From Octopus bimaculoides (lineage: Eukaryota), in contig NC_068998.1 in NCBI RefSeq assembly GCF_001194135.2, positions 34,416,187 to 34,480,186 of the forward strand: a stretch of 64,000 nt of DNA. The letters run 5' to 3'. This document shows, piece after piece, positions 1 to 12,430 of the stretch (position 1 is the stretch's first letter; each line of letters starts with the position of its first letter). The position numbers and the translations under genes were made by a program. The notes under the pieces are model-generated. The model was not told where the DNA came from, searched no databases, and saw nothing but the letters and a program-made list of their open reading frames with translations.

Positions 1-59
1 CCATGCTGGAGCACCCCCTTTCAATGTTCTCCGTTCTCCTTTCTGTACTGCTCTTGGTG

Positions 60-424
60 AAGAAGCGAACTGGATGGAGCCTCTCTTCTTTGTACCTCTT
101 GCTGCAATATGGGTTCATCTGGATTTCAGAGAGAAATTTTTCCAGGTGCTTTTTGAGGGTTTCCACATCTACCCCTCACAAATCTCTGAGATTGTTTGGT
201 GGGATATTAAACAGTTGTGGTCCTCTGAAACCCAAGCTGTTGCAATACTGGATCCTTAACCAAGATGAAGAAGATGGGATCTTTGGTATTATGCAGTGCT
301 GTCCAGTTCAGTGGTTGGTGTAGCTTTTATTTCCAAAGTTGGGAGCCAGACCTTCAAAGATCTTCCATACTTATATCCCTGCGTACCTTTCTTGCCTTCT
401 CTCCTGGAAGTAGAGCTTCAGGTC
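60..424 (-). mobile_element. CR1/L2-group LINE, 3' end of ORF2 (decayed)
   Basis: Minus-strand translation DLKLYFQERRQERYAGI*VWKIFEGLAPN...GFRGPQLFNIPPNNLRDL*GVDVETLK matches the typical LKLYSLERRRERY...GPxLFN C-terminus; in-frame stops. Confidence 0.75.
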
Positions 425-1195
425 TTTTATTCTTTTACTTGTTTCAGTCATTTGACTGTGGCCATGCTGTAGCACCATCTTTAGTCAAACAAATCGACCC
501 CAGGACTTATTCTTTGTAAGCCTAGTACTTGTTCTATCAGTCTCTNNNNNNNNNNNNNNNNNNNNNNNNNNNNNNNNNNNNNNNNNNNNNNNNNNNNNNN
601 NNNNNNNNNNNNNNNNNNNNNNNNNNNNNNNNNNNNNNNNNNNNNNNNNNNNNNNNNNNNNNNNNNNNNNNNNNNNNNNNNNNNNNNNNNNNNNNNNNNN
701 NNNNNNNNNNNNNNNNNNNNNNNNNNNNNNNNNNNNNNNNNNNNNNNNNNNNNNNNNNNNNNNNNNNNNNNNNNNNNNNNNNNNNNNNNNNNNNNNNNNN
801 NNNNNNNNNNNNNNNNNNNNNNNNNNNNNNNNNNNNNNNNNNNNNNNNNNNNNNNNNNNNNNNNNNNNNNNNNNNNNNNNNNNNNNNNNNNNNNNNNNNN
901 NNNNNNNNNNNNNNNNNNNNNNNNNNNNNNNNNNNNNNNNNNNNNNNNNNNNNNNNNNNNNNNNNNNNNNNNNNNNNNNNNNNNNNNNNNNNNNNNNNNN
1001 NNNNNNNNNNNNNNNNNNNNNNNNNNNNNNNNNNNNNNNNNNNNNNNNNNNNNNNNNNNNNNNNNNNNNNNNNNNNNNNNNNNNNNNNNNNNNNNNNNNN
1101 NNNNNNNNNNNNNNNNNNNNNNNNNNNNNNNNNNNNNNNNNNNNNNNNNNNNNNNNNNNNNNNNNNNNNNNNNNNNNNNNNNNNNNNNNNNNNNN

Positions 1196-1231
<36 letters not shown>

Positions 1232-1402
1232 TATATACAATGGGCTTCTTTCAGTTTCTGTCTACCAAATCCACTCACAAGGTTTTGGTTGGCCTGAGGG
1301 TATAGTAGAAGACACCATCCCATGGTTTTATGCAGTGGGACTGAACCCAGAACCATGTAGTTGGGAAGCAAGCTTCTTACCACACAGCCATGCCTGCACC
1401 TA
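425..1402 (-). mobile_element. tRNA-derived octopus SINE (type A: tRNA/CORE-like head, internal microsatellite, tail A), spanning an assembly gap
   Basis: Head at 1238-1402 (minus: A box tggctgtgtggtaagaag, B box ggttcagtccc). Tail at 425-545 (minus: ...gctacagcatggccacagtcaaatgactgaaacaagtaaaag). Same two parts are joined in the copies at 11951-12430 and 59380-59770. Confidence 0.75.
546..1195. other. Assembly gap (N run); other gaps at 4386-4413, 6050-6314, 15287-15414, 29417-29426, 44512-45251, 47473-48234, 49072-49104, 60165-60587, 60762-60771
   Basis: Runs of n in the sequence; most are bordered by (TA)n or (TG)n tracts. Confidence 0.98.
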
Positions 1403-1419
1403 TGCGTGTGTGTATGTGT

Positions 1420-2800
1420 TGTTTACATAACCTAATACACCTATGATGATAGGTACAAATGAGAATTCATAATCAGGGTATAAGAGCTGTAAGGCTGTAA
1501 GTTCCATATTAATTTGACATTAATGTTCTCTTTTTCCTGGACTTTTGATTTTACATTCACATCTGCTGGGCAGACTTTTGTTCCCTGTCCCACAGAACAA
1601 TAACAGGTCTGTTATGTATGCACTGACTTGATGTTTTTATAGGGGTGTTCCTCAGTATTCCTTGTTTTCAAATGTGTGAATACCTGCTGGTTCTGACATA
1701 CCTTTGGTATGTATGTCAGTGTGCAGTCCTTCTGTGGATAGCATTGCAAATAGTCTTTGCAACTATATTCTGCCACGGGGTGGGGATAGGGGAAGGGTAG
1801 TATCTCATAGACATTTTGGGGCAGCTACTAATGATGTGGGTGGTATCTTCCACACTGGTATAACAGAGCTGATATTTTTATTGTGTTTGGTGATATCTTT
1901 GTCCTTCTTGTTTTATAAGGTACTCAGTAGCTATCTCTTATTCCTGGACAGTGAAGGTATATCTTTCTAGGTGAGATGTAATGTATCCATCGCAGGTTTG
2001 GGTGAGGCCACCCTTCCTGTCAATGCTGTTGGTGTCCTCTAACTTATGGGACATGTACCTATTCATTGCATTTTGCTGATATGGTGCCTGCTTTTCCTCC
2101 AAGCTTCTGTTTAGGTAGGCCACTCCAGCTTCCTTTGGGTCACATGTGACAGTTGTATTCTCAGGGTACCTGCACAGTTGTTCTCCAGTTCTGAAGATGC
2201 TGTTGCTCCTACTTTTGAGTATGCATGCAATGTACTCATTTCTTTCTTTACTATTCAGTACGTGTTGTCTGAGTAATACGATACAACATTCAAAGGCTGT
2301 TTTGACTGACATACCTCTACCACCATCACTTATCTCATATAAATCCTGTCGGTGTCGGTGTCGGTGTTAATGTGGAAGTTGCCAGTGGTGGTCAGTACCT
2401 TTCTGGTTTTGATGTCTAGGCTGCGTATCTCATCGAGAGTCTAGTGCAATATCCAGATGTTGGTACTAGCACTGGTACTGCAAAAGCATTGTGAGATATG
2501 GTCTTGTTAAATGCAGATAGCTCTGAGTTCCATATTTTCCAGAGTCTACAGAAGTACACCTTTATTTTCTGGCTTTAGTCACAACACCAGCATATTCAGC
2601 ATTCTCATCAACTCTGATGTATTTGTAGTGCTCATCATTACAGATAGGGGAGATAGACAAGCCGTTGATGTACATGGTCTCTGCTTGGTTGATAATCTTT
2701 CCTTCATTGACCATCATGTATGCGTATTTATCTTGTCCATACTCCATTTCTGTATCTCATGAAAATGTCATGAGTAGTTCTAATTGTCTCTTGGATGTTG
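1420..2800 (-). mobile_element. RLE-type non-LTR retrotransposon (R4/Dong-like), RT C-terminus, zinc knuckle and restriction-like endonuclease; decayed
   Basis: Minus-strand motifs in order: MEYGQDKYAY...YKYI (RT6-7); GNFHINTD..DR; GGRGMSVKTAF; RYTFTVQE*EIATEYL; LCYTSVEDTTHIISSCPKMS (CCHC remnant); HNRPVIVLWD...CPADVN...YPDYEFSFVPIIIGVLGYV (RLE). Confidence 0.85.
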
Positions 2801-2879
2801 GTCATATTACCTGAATATAATTTTTATGTGCATGTGCATATTATATAGTAGTGTAAGAGGTTTATTAACTAATAACACA

Positions 2880-3360
2880 GATATCGCAAGCATAAAGGGT
2901 GTATTGTACAAGCTGCAGTTAGTGAGAATGTTGAATCTTGGAAATGGTAATAAGATGGAAAGTGTTAAAATATTTTGTTACTCAGGAGACATGCAGAAGG
3001 TAAATTGGACTCAGCAATAGTGGTTAGAATGTGATGTGCATGAAAGAAATTCCAGGAATTGTATTGGCTAATGAGGAATGATGTGCCACTGAAACTGAAG
3101 AGAAATGTAACTGTTACATGTAACAGTACAGTGAGAAGTGTTATGATGTTTGGGAATGAAACAATCACAATGAATGGTGAGCAGCAAAGACAACAATTTC
3201 AAAGGACATTAAATGTAAACGGTTCAGTAGATAGTGGTATGTCACTAAGAGAGAGAGGGAAAGGGGTGAGGAAACAATGAATTAGGGATTTGATAGGTAA
3301 AAGCCAGTAATAGAAATTTTGAAGAGGGATTAGATGAGATGGTTGGGGCATTTGCTTAAG
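2880..3360 (+). mobile_element. RTE-clade LINE fragment (post-RT region)
   Basis: MESVKIFCYSGDM...PLKLKRN...CNSTVRSVMMFGNET resembles RTE 'FCYLGD...PLKLKGRIY..CVRSVMLYGSETW'. Confidence 0.65.
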
Positions 3361-3387
3361 AAGAATGAAGAGAAATTGACTTCTTAG

Positions 3388-4383
3388 CCACCCAACCATG
3401 CATTTTGTTACTCAAAAATTGTCTCACACTCAAGACAGTGTGTGTAGGCACATTGTCGTGATGAAACCACCCCTCTCCAATTTGTCATTGGTTGGAGTGT
3501 TTTCATCTCACCGCATCTCATAGAACTTCTAAGTACAATTTCTGATTAGCAGTTTGACCAGGAGGAACAAATTCTGTGGACAATTCCTCTTGTATCAATG
3601 AAACAAATCAGCATCATCATGATATAAGACTTCACTTGACGTGCTTTTTGGGGGCATGGTGACATTGAATGTTTCCATTGACTTGATTGCTGCTTCATTT
3701 CCAGGTCATAGCCTTAGCAGCAGCTTTTGTCACCAGTGATGACCTTCGAACTATCAACTGTTCTTTCAGTTCATGACATGCATTCAGTCATCACTGCTTT
3801 TGATCTTCCATGAGAAAGTGAGGCACAAATTTTGCTGCAACTCTTTTCATTTGCGGTTCCTCACTCAAAATTCATTGGCAGGAGCTCCAGGACATGCCAG
3901 TTGTATGAACATTTTCATCAACTGTTTGGCAACAGTCCCACAAGATCAGTTCATAAATTTTCATGCTGTTTTCATTCATTCAGGAGGTTGATGGTTGTCC
4001 TGAACAAGGTTGGTCTTCACGTGACAAGTGACCATTTCTAAAGTGTGAAAACCACTTGTAAGCTTATGTTTTGCTCATGGTACAGTCCTTGTAGGCTGTT
4101 TGAAGCATGACAACAGTTTTGATCATCATTTTCCCCTGTAGAAAACAGAATTTCACAGAAGCATACTTTTCCTTCAAATCAGCCATTGTAGAAATCAACA
4201 AACAGGGGGGAAGCACAGCAAAACAATGATGCACCACATGACAATATGACCCCGCCAAATGCTGCCAATCGGCAGACTGATGCCTGATGGTTTCATCAAT
4301 TGGCATCTAGCGGTAGAAGTCTAAACTATGACTGGCTTGCCCCACAGGGAATGTTTCTAGTTACTTTTAGCTACCTCTTCATA
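3388..4383 (-). mobile_element. mariner (DD34D) transposon remnant, 3' truncated
   Basis: MADLKEKYASVKFCFLQGK...MLQTAYKD N-terminus; ITGDES-like motif; KKARQVKS; GIVHREFVPPGQT; FHHDNVPTHT. Terminal-repeat-like end near 4350-4383. Confidence 0.85.
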
Positions 4384-4413
4384 TANNNNNNNNNNNNNNN
4401 NNNNNNNNNNNNN

Positions 4414-4448
<35 letters not shown>

Positions 4449-4449
4449 A

Positions 4450-5378
4450 TAATGGATAATAAAATGAATGGTTTACACCTGGTAGCTTACTGGTAAAGCA
4501 CGGTCACTTTCAAAGTGATCGTTAGGTAAATAACAAATGAAAGACAGAAGATGGAATATACAAGAATATATTATTAATCACAACAGTTATTTTGACACAT
4601 CTAGCATCAACTCCTCTTGTGGGACACACAAAAACTGGTTCAGGAGTATCCAGTGGTGCAGATGAATCTTGTTGGGTGATAAATAAATAAAAAATCTCAT
4701 TAAAATGACTGTCCCATAATACAACTTTCCGTTTTGTAGAGAGAAAACAGCCAGACAAAGGAAAATTCTTCATATATATAGAAGATCCAAAAGTAAAATT
4801 GTAGAAGACAAAAAGAGAGACGAACACTTAATCCAGCGAGAAAAGATACTTAATAGAATTTCTGAAAGACTATTGAGATGCCTACATGCATATAAATGTG
4901 CTTTTGCACAATGCAGTGAGAATGACTTTTGAGTAACCGTTAACTTAGTGTAATTTTATTTTATTTCACTTTAAGGTATGGATGACTTAAATCTTCTTTA
5001 GACCTCCTCATTCTTCTAAACACTTACTAAATATCTAACTCACTTTGTAATTATGAGTGCACCTAACCTCATGTGTGCGTATGCTCACATTTTTGCTAAT
5101 GCTTATATGAGCATGTGTACTCGTGCCATGCTGCTTGCTCAAGGGCGTTTATAAATCCATATCGGTTAACGGTTATTTTCAATACTTTTCTCACTGGATT
5201 AAGTGTTCGTTTCTCTTTTGTCTTCTGCAATTTTATTTTTGGATCTTCTATATATATGAAGAATTTTCCTCCGTCTGGCTGTTTTCCTCTCTACAAAATG
5301 GAAAGTTGCATTATGAAACAGTCATTTTAACAAGATTTATTTATTTATTTATCACTCAACGAGATATGTCTGCACCAA
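4450..5378. mobile_element. Long-TIR foldback/MITE-like element, copy 1 (internal deletion, right arm truncated)
   Basis: 4655-4850 is the reverse complement of 5178-5378. The whole element aligns by eye to 46232-47435. Left end starts ta|atggataataaaa next to a TA-rich tract. Confidence 0.8.
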
Positions 5379-6324
5379 CAATATGAGTCTTTGTAGGCAG
5401 CTACTCCCACAAAAGCCAAAATAAAATTTGGGATTTATGGAGGGTTGAAGTTGGGAACAAAAACAGGACAGTGGAGACATACAAGAAAACTGAATGAAAA
5501 CAAACACGGAGTATCATTAGACCAGATGATGGTAAAATAGCAAACACTGGAGAAATATTTTCTTTGACAAGAGAAAAGATAGAAGAGATAGATAGGATAT
5601 GTGCAGTCTTTATGACAGCCCTGAAGGAAAAGAAAGATGATCACATGAGGAAAAGAAAGATGAGGAAGAAGAAGGAGGAGGCTCTTCCTCCTCCTCCTCC
5701 TCCTTCTTCTTCTTTGCCACCTCCTTCCTCAGCTACTACTGCTGCTTAAACAATTAAAACCAAGAACTCATATCAAATATTCTTTTAGGACTGCTACTAC
5801 CTACTAACTACTGCAAAGCCTTCACAAGAGTAAAAAAGGGAGACAAACAGAAAAAAGGAAAATGTCCCTTGTATTTGAAAGCTATGGAAATATTTTAAAA
5901 AAACATTTCATTTAATTTTGTTCCACAATTTAATTGTTTTTCATGCTTCACTCTAACTTGAAAAAAGTCACAGACTGAAACCGGTACTAAAATGTTCTTC
6001 ATGATAACATTATTTTAGCATTTTCTACCTTGTCATATTTCCCTTATATNNNNNNNNNNNNNNNNNNNNNNNNNNNNNNNNNNNNNNNNNNNNNNNNNNN
6101 NNNNNNNNNNNNNNNNNNNNNNNNNNNNNNNNNNNNNNNNNNNNNNNNNNNNNNNNNNNNNNNNNNNNNNNNNNNNNNNNNNNNNNNNNNNNNNNNNNNN
6201 NNNNNNNNNNNNNNNNNNNNNNNNNNNNNNNNNNNNNNNNNNNNNNNNNNNNNNNNNNNNNNNNNNNNNNNNNNNNNNNNNNNNNNNNNNNNNNNNNNNN
6301 NNNNNNNNNNNNNNTATAAGAGAC

Positions 6325-7790
6325 CAAAGTGTATGTACATCGCTATATATATATATATATGTAAAAAATACAAAATAGGACAAGAAAGCAAAACATTCAG
6401 ACAAAAAAGGGACAACAAAACATCCAGACAGACGCTACAGAGAAAACAAGGACGAGTTCCAGATTATCTTTGCAATTTCGACTGGTTATACTCGAGATTG
6501 CTCCAATCTGGCCAGCCCCAAGGAAAAACTAAGCTAAGAGTATTAGATTCCTTGGAAGAAAGCATCAAATGTATACGAAAAGAAGGACGGAAAAAAAGGA
6601 GAATGTTACACAAATACAAATAAAAGGACCTAACAACAGGTGTCTTTCGACTAAGAATGAATTAAATTAAGCTGGTGCGTGTGGAAATAAAGCCTTACGG
6701 CAGAGATACATGATTTCACAGGTACAGGGAGGAATATAGATGTTGCACGGATGATGGCCGAACCAAGAAAGAAAGATCAGGCTTGGCTGAATGAACACTG
6801 GTCACATGGGGAGAGAAGAGAGAGAGGTAGAGGCAGAGGGACAGAAGAATAATTAAGGAGGGGTGAGATATATAAAATATAAATAATATATAAATATATG
6901 CATATATACATACATATATGTACTTACCTACATATGTATGTATATATACATGCATATATGGGTACAGGGCATCAAAAAAATGTAGACAGAATGAGAAACG
7001 AAAACATAAAAAACAAAAACATAGAAAGCGAACTTTTTTCGAACAACAAAAAAACAAACAAACAGAGAAACGAGACATGCAACATAAAGAACATTCCCTT
7101 TATTAGTTGTCTCCTGTTTTATCTTCTTCGTGTTTCAAAAGTAAGGACAAGATTCCACTTCGTTAAAACAGTCCTTCCTGCAAAGCAAATTAAACAAAAT
7201 TTGGGATTTTTTGCAGAGGGTGAAAGTGGTAACAAGAACAGGACAGTAAGAACAAAACAGTAAAAACAAATGGTGTGAGCTGTTAAGCGAAGACGATGTG
7301 AAGTGGTGAAAGCTAGAAAAACAAGCTTTGAGAAGAAACAGATAAAACACGTCTTGTCTTTAGAAAGGAAATGGAAGAAAGAAAGATGGATGGCCGTTGG
7401 TCACGTGTGAGCAACGAGAGAGTCAAGGAGGAAGAGTGAGAGAGAGAGAGAGGTGACAGTGAAGGGGAGAGGAGAAGAATAGGGAAAGGGTGGGAGAGAA
7501 AAAACAGAAAGGAAGAAGAACAAGAGAGGGAGATAGATAGATAAAAAAGTGATAGAATTAGAGTGCGCATCATAATTATTAAGATACAACTTACTCGGAA
7601 AAGGATGCATGGCGTTCGATCATGTAATAATATAAATAATATATATATATGCATATATACATACATATATGTACATACCTACATATATATGTATATATAC
7701 ATGCATATATGGGTACAGGACGTCAAAAATCATAGACAAAATGAGAAATGAAAACATAAAAAACGAACTTTTTTAGAACAATGAAAAATG
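6325..7790. repeat. Cluster of interspersed repeats, possibly Penelope-like terminal repeats, with an internal ~170-bp direct duplication
   Basis: 6880-7050 and 7625-7790 share atgcatatatgggtacagg...atgagaaa.gaaaacataaaaaac...gaacttttt. 7190-7250 resembles 5420-5470. The Penelope link is from recall and is unverified. Confidence 0.5.
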
Positions 7791-7950
7791 GGCTTTTTTC
7801 AGTTTCTATCTATTAAATCCACTCACAAGGCTTTGGTTGGCTCAAGGTTATAGTGGAAGACATTTGCCCAAGGCGTCACACAGTGGGACTGAACCCAGAA
7901 CAATGTGGTTGAGAAGCCATCTTCTTACCACACAGCCATACCTGAGGCTA
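7790..7950 (-). mobile_element. Type A SINE head (tRNA/CORE-like half)
   Basis: Aligns with 1238-1402; A and B boxes present. Confidence 0.8.
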
Positions 7951-8959
7951 TATCCACACAAACATGCCTGCACTTATATTTCTATATGTCCGTGCATGAG
8001 AGTAAGAAAGAGAGAGAAAAGGAAGTTAGAGACAGAGAGAGGAACATCTGAAGCCATACTGGATAAGATATACTAATGTGTGTCCTGTCGGAACCTTATT
8101 GACAAAGACAATATTGCTCACAAATGCATAATACAAATAAAAAGAGAAAACCAAATGGTAAGTCATTTGACTCTAGTTAGCTTAATGTATGTAGAAGATA
8201 GCTATAAAACAGATGCCATTCTCACTTCACAGCAGAATGTCTACTACTTATAAGGTTATTTAGCTGTAAATTCTGTGAGTACGAATTTATGGGAAACATG
8301 GAAAATTTTTAGAAATGTGTTTTCCACCATGATTTCCATAAACTGATGCACACTGATATAACTTATACTATGGAGATAGTTATATCTGTATGCATACACA
8401 CACACACACACACATACACACATAAACACACACACTCACACACACACATATGTATATGCATGTATGTATAGTTCAAATTTATAGAAAAAAAAAACAAAAG
8501 ACGAAGATAAGTGTAGAAACAACAAGCAGGTGTATTAGTTTAATGCTCGGGAAAAATGGAATGGTCTTTTATGTTTCAAGCCTACTCTTTTCGACAGAAA
8601 GGAATAAAAGGCAAAAAATTGGAGAGAATGAAAAAAAAATGGATAGAGAAAAACTGTAGAATTCAGCAGTTCAACATGGTGAGATTATATATATATATAT
8701 AAAAGATAGGACATTATTCCTTAAGAAATTGTTATACAGTTAAATTTGTTTATATTAGTAAAATATTCAAGTCATATGCTCCATGAAGCAGACTCTTAAT
8801 TTCTAGAATGTTTGATTATTTGAAATAATACATACATACATCTTATGTAATGAGCAGCAATATTTAAACACCCATGGAATGCAAGGGGTGGTGGTTGGGG
8901 ATGCATTTGTCTGTGTTTGTGTAATTTTATACATGCACACACACACACGTGTGTGTGTG

Positions 8960-9210
8960 TAAGGGTGCTTGTGTCTCTCTTTTTTGGCATTCTGTGATAG
9001 TTGTAAACAAGCATTCCTGTCATACAAGCAGTCTCCTTCATTTTCAATCTTCTGTAAGAATATGTTCAGGTGTGGAGATGTGTTACCTTGCTTTGAAACA
9101 GCTGTGGACTGTTGATAGGGAGTATATCCAGCCATAGAATATCTGCTATAATAAGTTCCTTCTGAGACATGCAAGCATGGAAAAGTGGGTGTTTAATCAA
9201 TGATGATGGT
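8960..9210 (+). mobile_element. SINE tail B segment
   Basis: Follows a (TG) tract; ends catgcaagcatggaaaagtgggtgttt...atgatgatg like 19000-19235 and 59830-60060. Confidence 0.6.
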
Positions 9211-9394
9211 AATATTGTATATGCACAGACAAGACAGACAGACAGACAGATAAACAGACAGACAGACAGACTGACAGAAATAGCTATAAACATGTATGTT
9301 GTATATATGTGCCTATATATTTAAATACATATACATATACATACATACATACACATATATATATGTTTTATTTATATATATACACACATACACA

Positions 9395-9434
<40 letters not shown>

Positions 9435-10065
9435 ATCAATTATTTAGCAGTGAAATTACTAGACAGTACTTAATAATAATGTAATGATTAATGGTTATCT
9501 AAAAAAAAATTTACGTTGAGAATCCTCAAGTGATTGAACAGCGTAAACAATTATAGCTGAGATTTGAATAAAGATATTCATATTTTACATAGACATATAT
9601 TAATGAATAAGTAACCATCTTTCTGTTTGCTGTAGTAGTAGTAGTAGTAGTAGTTATGAGATAATGTACATTTTGAATATAATTTTGATTATTTTGGTTA
9701 ATAACTGTTATATGGGTATATATGAATATATGAATATTGATGCTAATTGTATGAAGATGGAAAATGTTGCTTTGAAATTTATTTAAATAGTAAAGATACT
9801 GAAACCTTATTGTTGTGTGGTTAAAGGGTTTGATTACATAACACATTGTAATGCATACGGATGCTGACGCTATCAGTCTGTCCTTCTGTTGTACTTCAAG
9901 GCAAAGGGTTGCCTCTAGTTTTGAAGTTATTCCAAGTACAGGCTTCACTGACACATCATATTTGAGAAATTAGCAGTAGAAATTGTGGTGTTGACTTGTA
10001 AAACATTGCACAAAATGCAACAGTTCTGAATCAGATAGAAATTTGTAAGGAAATAAAATTATTGT

Positions 10066-10067
<2 letters not shown>

Positions 10068-10147
<80 letters not shown>

Positions 10148-10160
10148 CACACACACATTC
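10068..10160. repeat. (CA)n microsatellite (representative; dozens of CA/TG, TA, TATG, GACA, TAG, ATCT tracts throughout)
   Basis: Long near-perfect (AC)n run. Other large tracts: 12985-13080, 25925-25990, 30000-30480, 37555-37620, 42780-43320, 46167-46233, 60070-60810. Confidence 0.97.
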
Positions 10161-11169
10161 AAGTATACACACATATACATATATATGAGCATAGTCATAG
10201 CTGTGTGATTGAAAATTCACCTTACAACCACAAGATTCTTGGCTCAGTTCCATTGTTCTGTTTGTTGTTATAGTAGTAGTAGTAGTAGTTATGAGACTAT
10301 GTTAGGCATGTGTCTTCTAGAATAGCCTTGTGCTGACCATTACCTCATGAATGAAAGTTTGTTTGTAGAAACTGTGTATATGAATGTGTGAACTCTGCTT
10401 CTATCTGTCGGTGTACTTTGTTACATTGCTTTATATCAGAATCATAACTTAATAATTTGATATCTAGATACTGATAAAATTAGGTACTGATGGTGATGTG
10501 ATTAACTAAAACTCTTGAAGGTGGTATACCAGCATATCACAGTCCAATGACTGGAAACAGAATACGACATTTGTGTTTTTGTAATAAGAACAAAATAATA
10601 AGTACTTACCCTGCTTAACTTAGTTCATAAACTGATTTATTAAAGTTTATGTAGCAGACATTCATCAGATCTCATTTCAATGAAGAACTGTTTTTAAAGA
10701 AAAATGTCTCAGTTTTGTTGTGAATTGCATTTGGAGTTTTGTTATATGCCTAGCATACTTCAAGTGGATCAGTTAGTCTTTTATCTCACTGCTGTAATTC
10801 ACCAGGTAGAATCAGTTTTCTGGCACCATTTCAATATGCTTTACATCTTATAATTTAATATATCAAAATATTGCATAATTATATTAGATATATGAACTGA
10901 GCAGAGTTGGCACTTTTATGCTCTTCTCTTTCAATGAAACTTTAGTTCAATAGATTAGCCATTGATTTGTTGGTTTCTTTCTTCTTGTAATTATATTCGT
11001 CTTCCAGAATATTACATCAATTACATAACCAGGGTTTAAAACTTTTTTTTATATATTTACTAAAATTCATTGTCTAACTGTATGTTACTGTGACAATATT
11101 TCATTCTATAGTTTATGACATTTATGATTGGATAAAATGTAATATTCAAAATTATGTTTATATATATAC

Positions 11170-11203
<34 letters not shown>

Positions 11204-11459
11204 ATGTATGTGTGTGTGTCTGTGTGTGTTTAGCAAGAGAAATAGAGAGAGAGAGAAAGAGAGAGTGCTCTACGGTAAGCTTATTAGTCAGGGTAATAAA
11301 AATGCAGTGTTAATTTCTAATAACTCCATAAAAAAATTATTCAAAATAAATATGTCTCAATATTTTTAGGTCTTCCTTTAGACAATACCTTGGCTTACAT
11401 CAGATTAGATATGAATTCTGTTAAATTAGCAATGACAAACTGATTCATATTTATGCAGT

Positions 11460-11900
11460 TTTTGTTTCATACTTCTTCCAGTTTTGTAATTGATGTAATT
11501 TTCATCAGTCTGGCTGTGCTGTTCTCCAACATGTTCTATTGCATTAAGATCAGGACCTTAAGTAACCCATTTGAAATTGGATTCACTGGATTCTTGTCCA
11601 AGCTTGTGATATGTTGCATGTATGACATAAGGCTCCATCATCATAAGAAAAAAAGAGTCTTCTTAATTTCTAAGATGCAACAGATGGGTATTGGCAGTAT
11701 TTTGGGTGATTTAATTGATTTTCCTACCACCACCATCACCACCTTATCATAATTCTAACTCCACAATATTCTAACTATTTCTTGCCAAGAAATCCATATA
11801 ATTGATCATTCATTTCCCTTGTTGCAGAACCCATTGGCTCAGTTGAACCTTTTGATTTCCCTAGACTCTGAAATGATTGACATTTTTCTTGCAACTCTTA
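11460..11900 (-). mobile_element. Tc1-like (DD34E) transposase remnant
   Basis: Minus-strand pieces RKMSIISESREIKRFN*A (cf. RKKPLL...KKRL.FA), DGALCHT (cf. DGAPCH) and GPDLNAIEHV (cf. SPDLNPIE), with frameshifts. Confidence 0.6.
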
Positions 11901-11950
11901 GTACATATCCCAGGTCTTTCAGGACTTTTCTAACACAATATAGCACCATA

Positions 11951-12219
11951 TCTTTTACCTTTTACTTGTTTCAGTCATTAGACTGTGGCCATGCTGGAGC
12001 ACTGCCTCAAAGAACTTTTAGTTGAATGAATCAATGCCAGCAGTTATTTTTTGATAAACCTGATACTTACTTTATCGGTCACTTTTGCTGAACTGCTAGG
12101 TTATAGGGACATGAGCACAGGAGCATCGGTTGTCAAGTGGTGGTGTGGGATAAACACAGACACACACATGCATGTGCACATACACACACATGCATGTGCA
12201 CATACACACACATGCATGT

Positions 12220-12261
<42 letters not shown>

Positions 12262-12430
12262 GCATATATGACAAGCTTCTTACAGTTTCCCTCTACCAAA
12301 TCCACTCACAAGGTTTTGGTCAGCCCAAGGTTACTGTAGAAGACACTTGCCCAAGGTGCCGTGCAATGGGACAGAACTTGGAACCATGTGGTTGGGAAGC
12401 AAGCTTCTTGTGACACTGCCACACCATAGA
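11951..12430 (-). mobile_element. Full-length type A SINE with internal (CA)n
   Basis: Head 12270-12430, microsatellite 12160-12260, tail 11951-12150. Confidence 0.85.

Noticed and set aside
481-1383. Long ORFs full of X (also at 6.0-6.6, 15.2-15.7, 44.3-45.4, 47.4-48.4 and 60.0-60.8 kb)
   Set aside because: They are open only because N runs contain no stop codons.
5564-5749. K/R- and P/S-rich ORF
   Set aside because: Derived from GAA/CCT simple repeats.
7060-7160. Possible second hammerhead in the repeat cluster
   Set aside because: CUGAUGA core is mutated and helices cannot be formed.
8077-8165. CxxC...HxC peptide before a gtaagt donor
   Set aside because: Preceded by an in-frame stop, no acceptor, spacing fits no finger family.
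10600-10720. Minus-strand donor gcagg|gtaagt at ~10608
   Set aside because: All three frames upstream contain stops and no convincing acceptor pairs with it.
10810-10835. tggcaccatttcaat resembling miR-29
   Set aside because: Several mismatches including the seed; no hairpin.
11399-11417. Minus-strand 19-nt exon candidate (tgctaatttaacag|...|gtaagc)
   Set aside because: Poor pyrimidine tract, stops in two frames, beside a Tc1 remnant.
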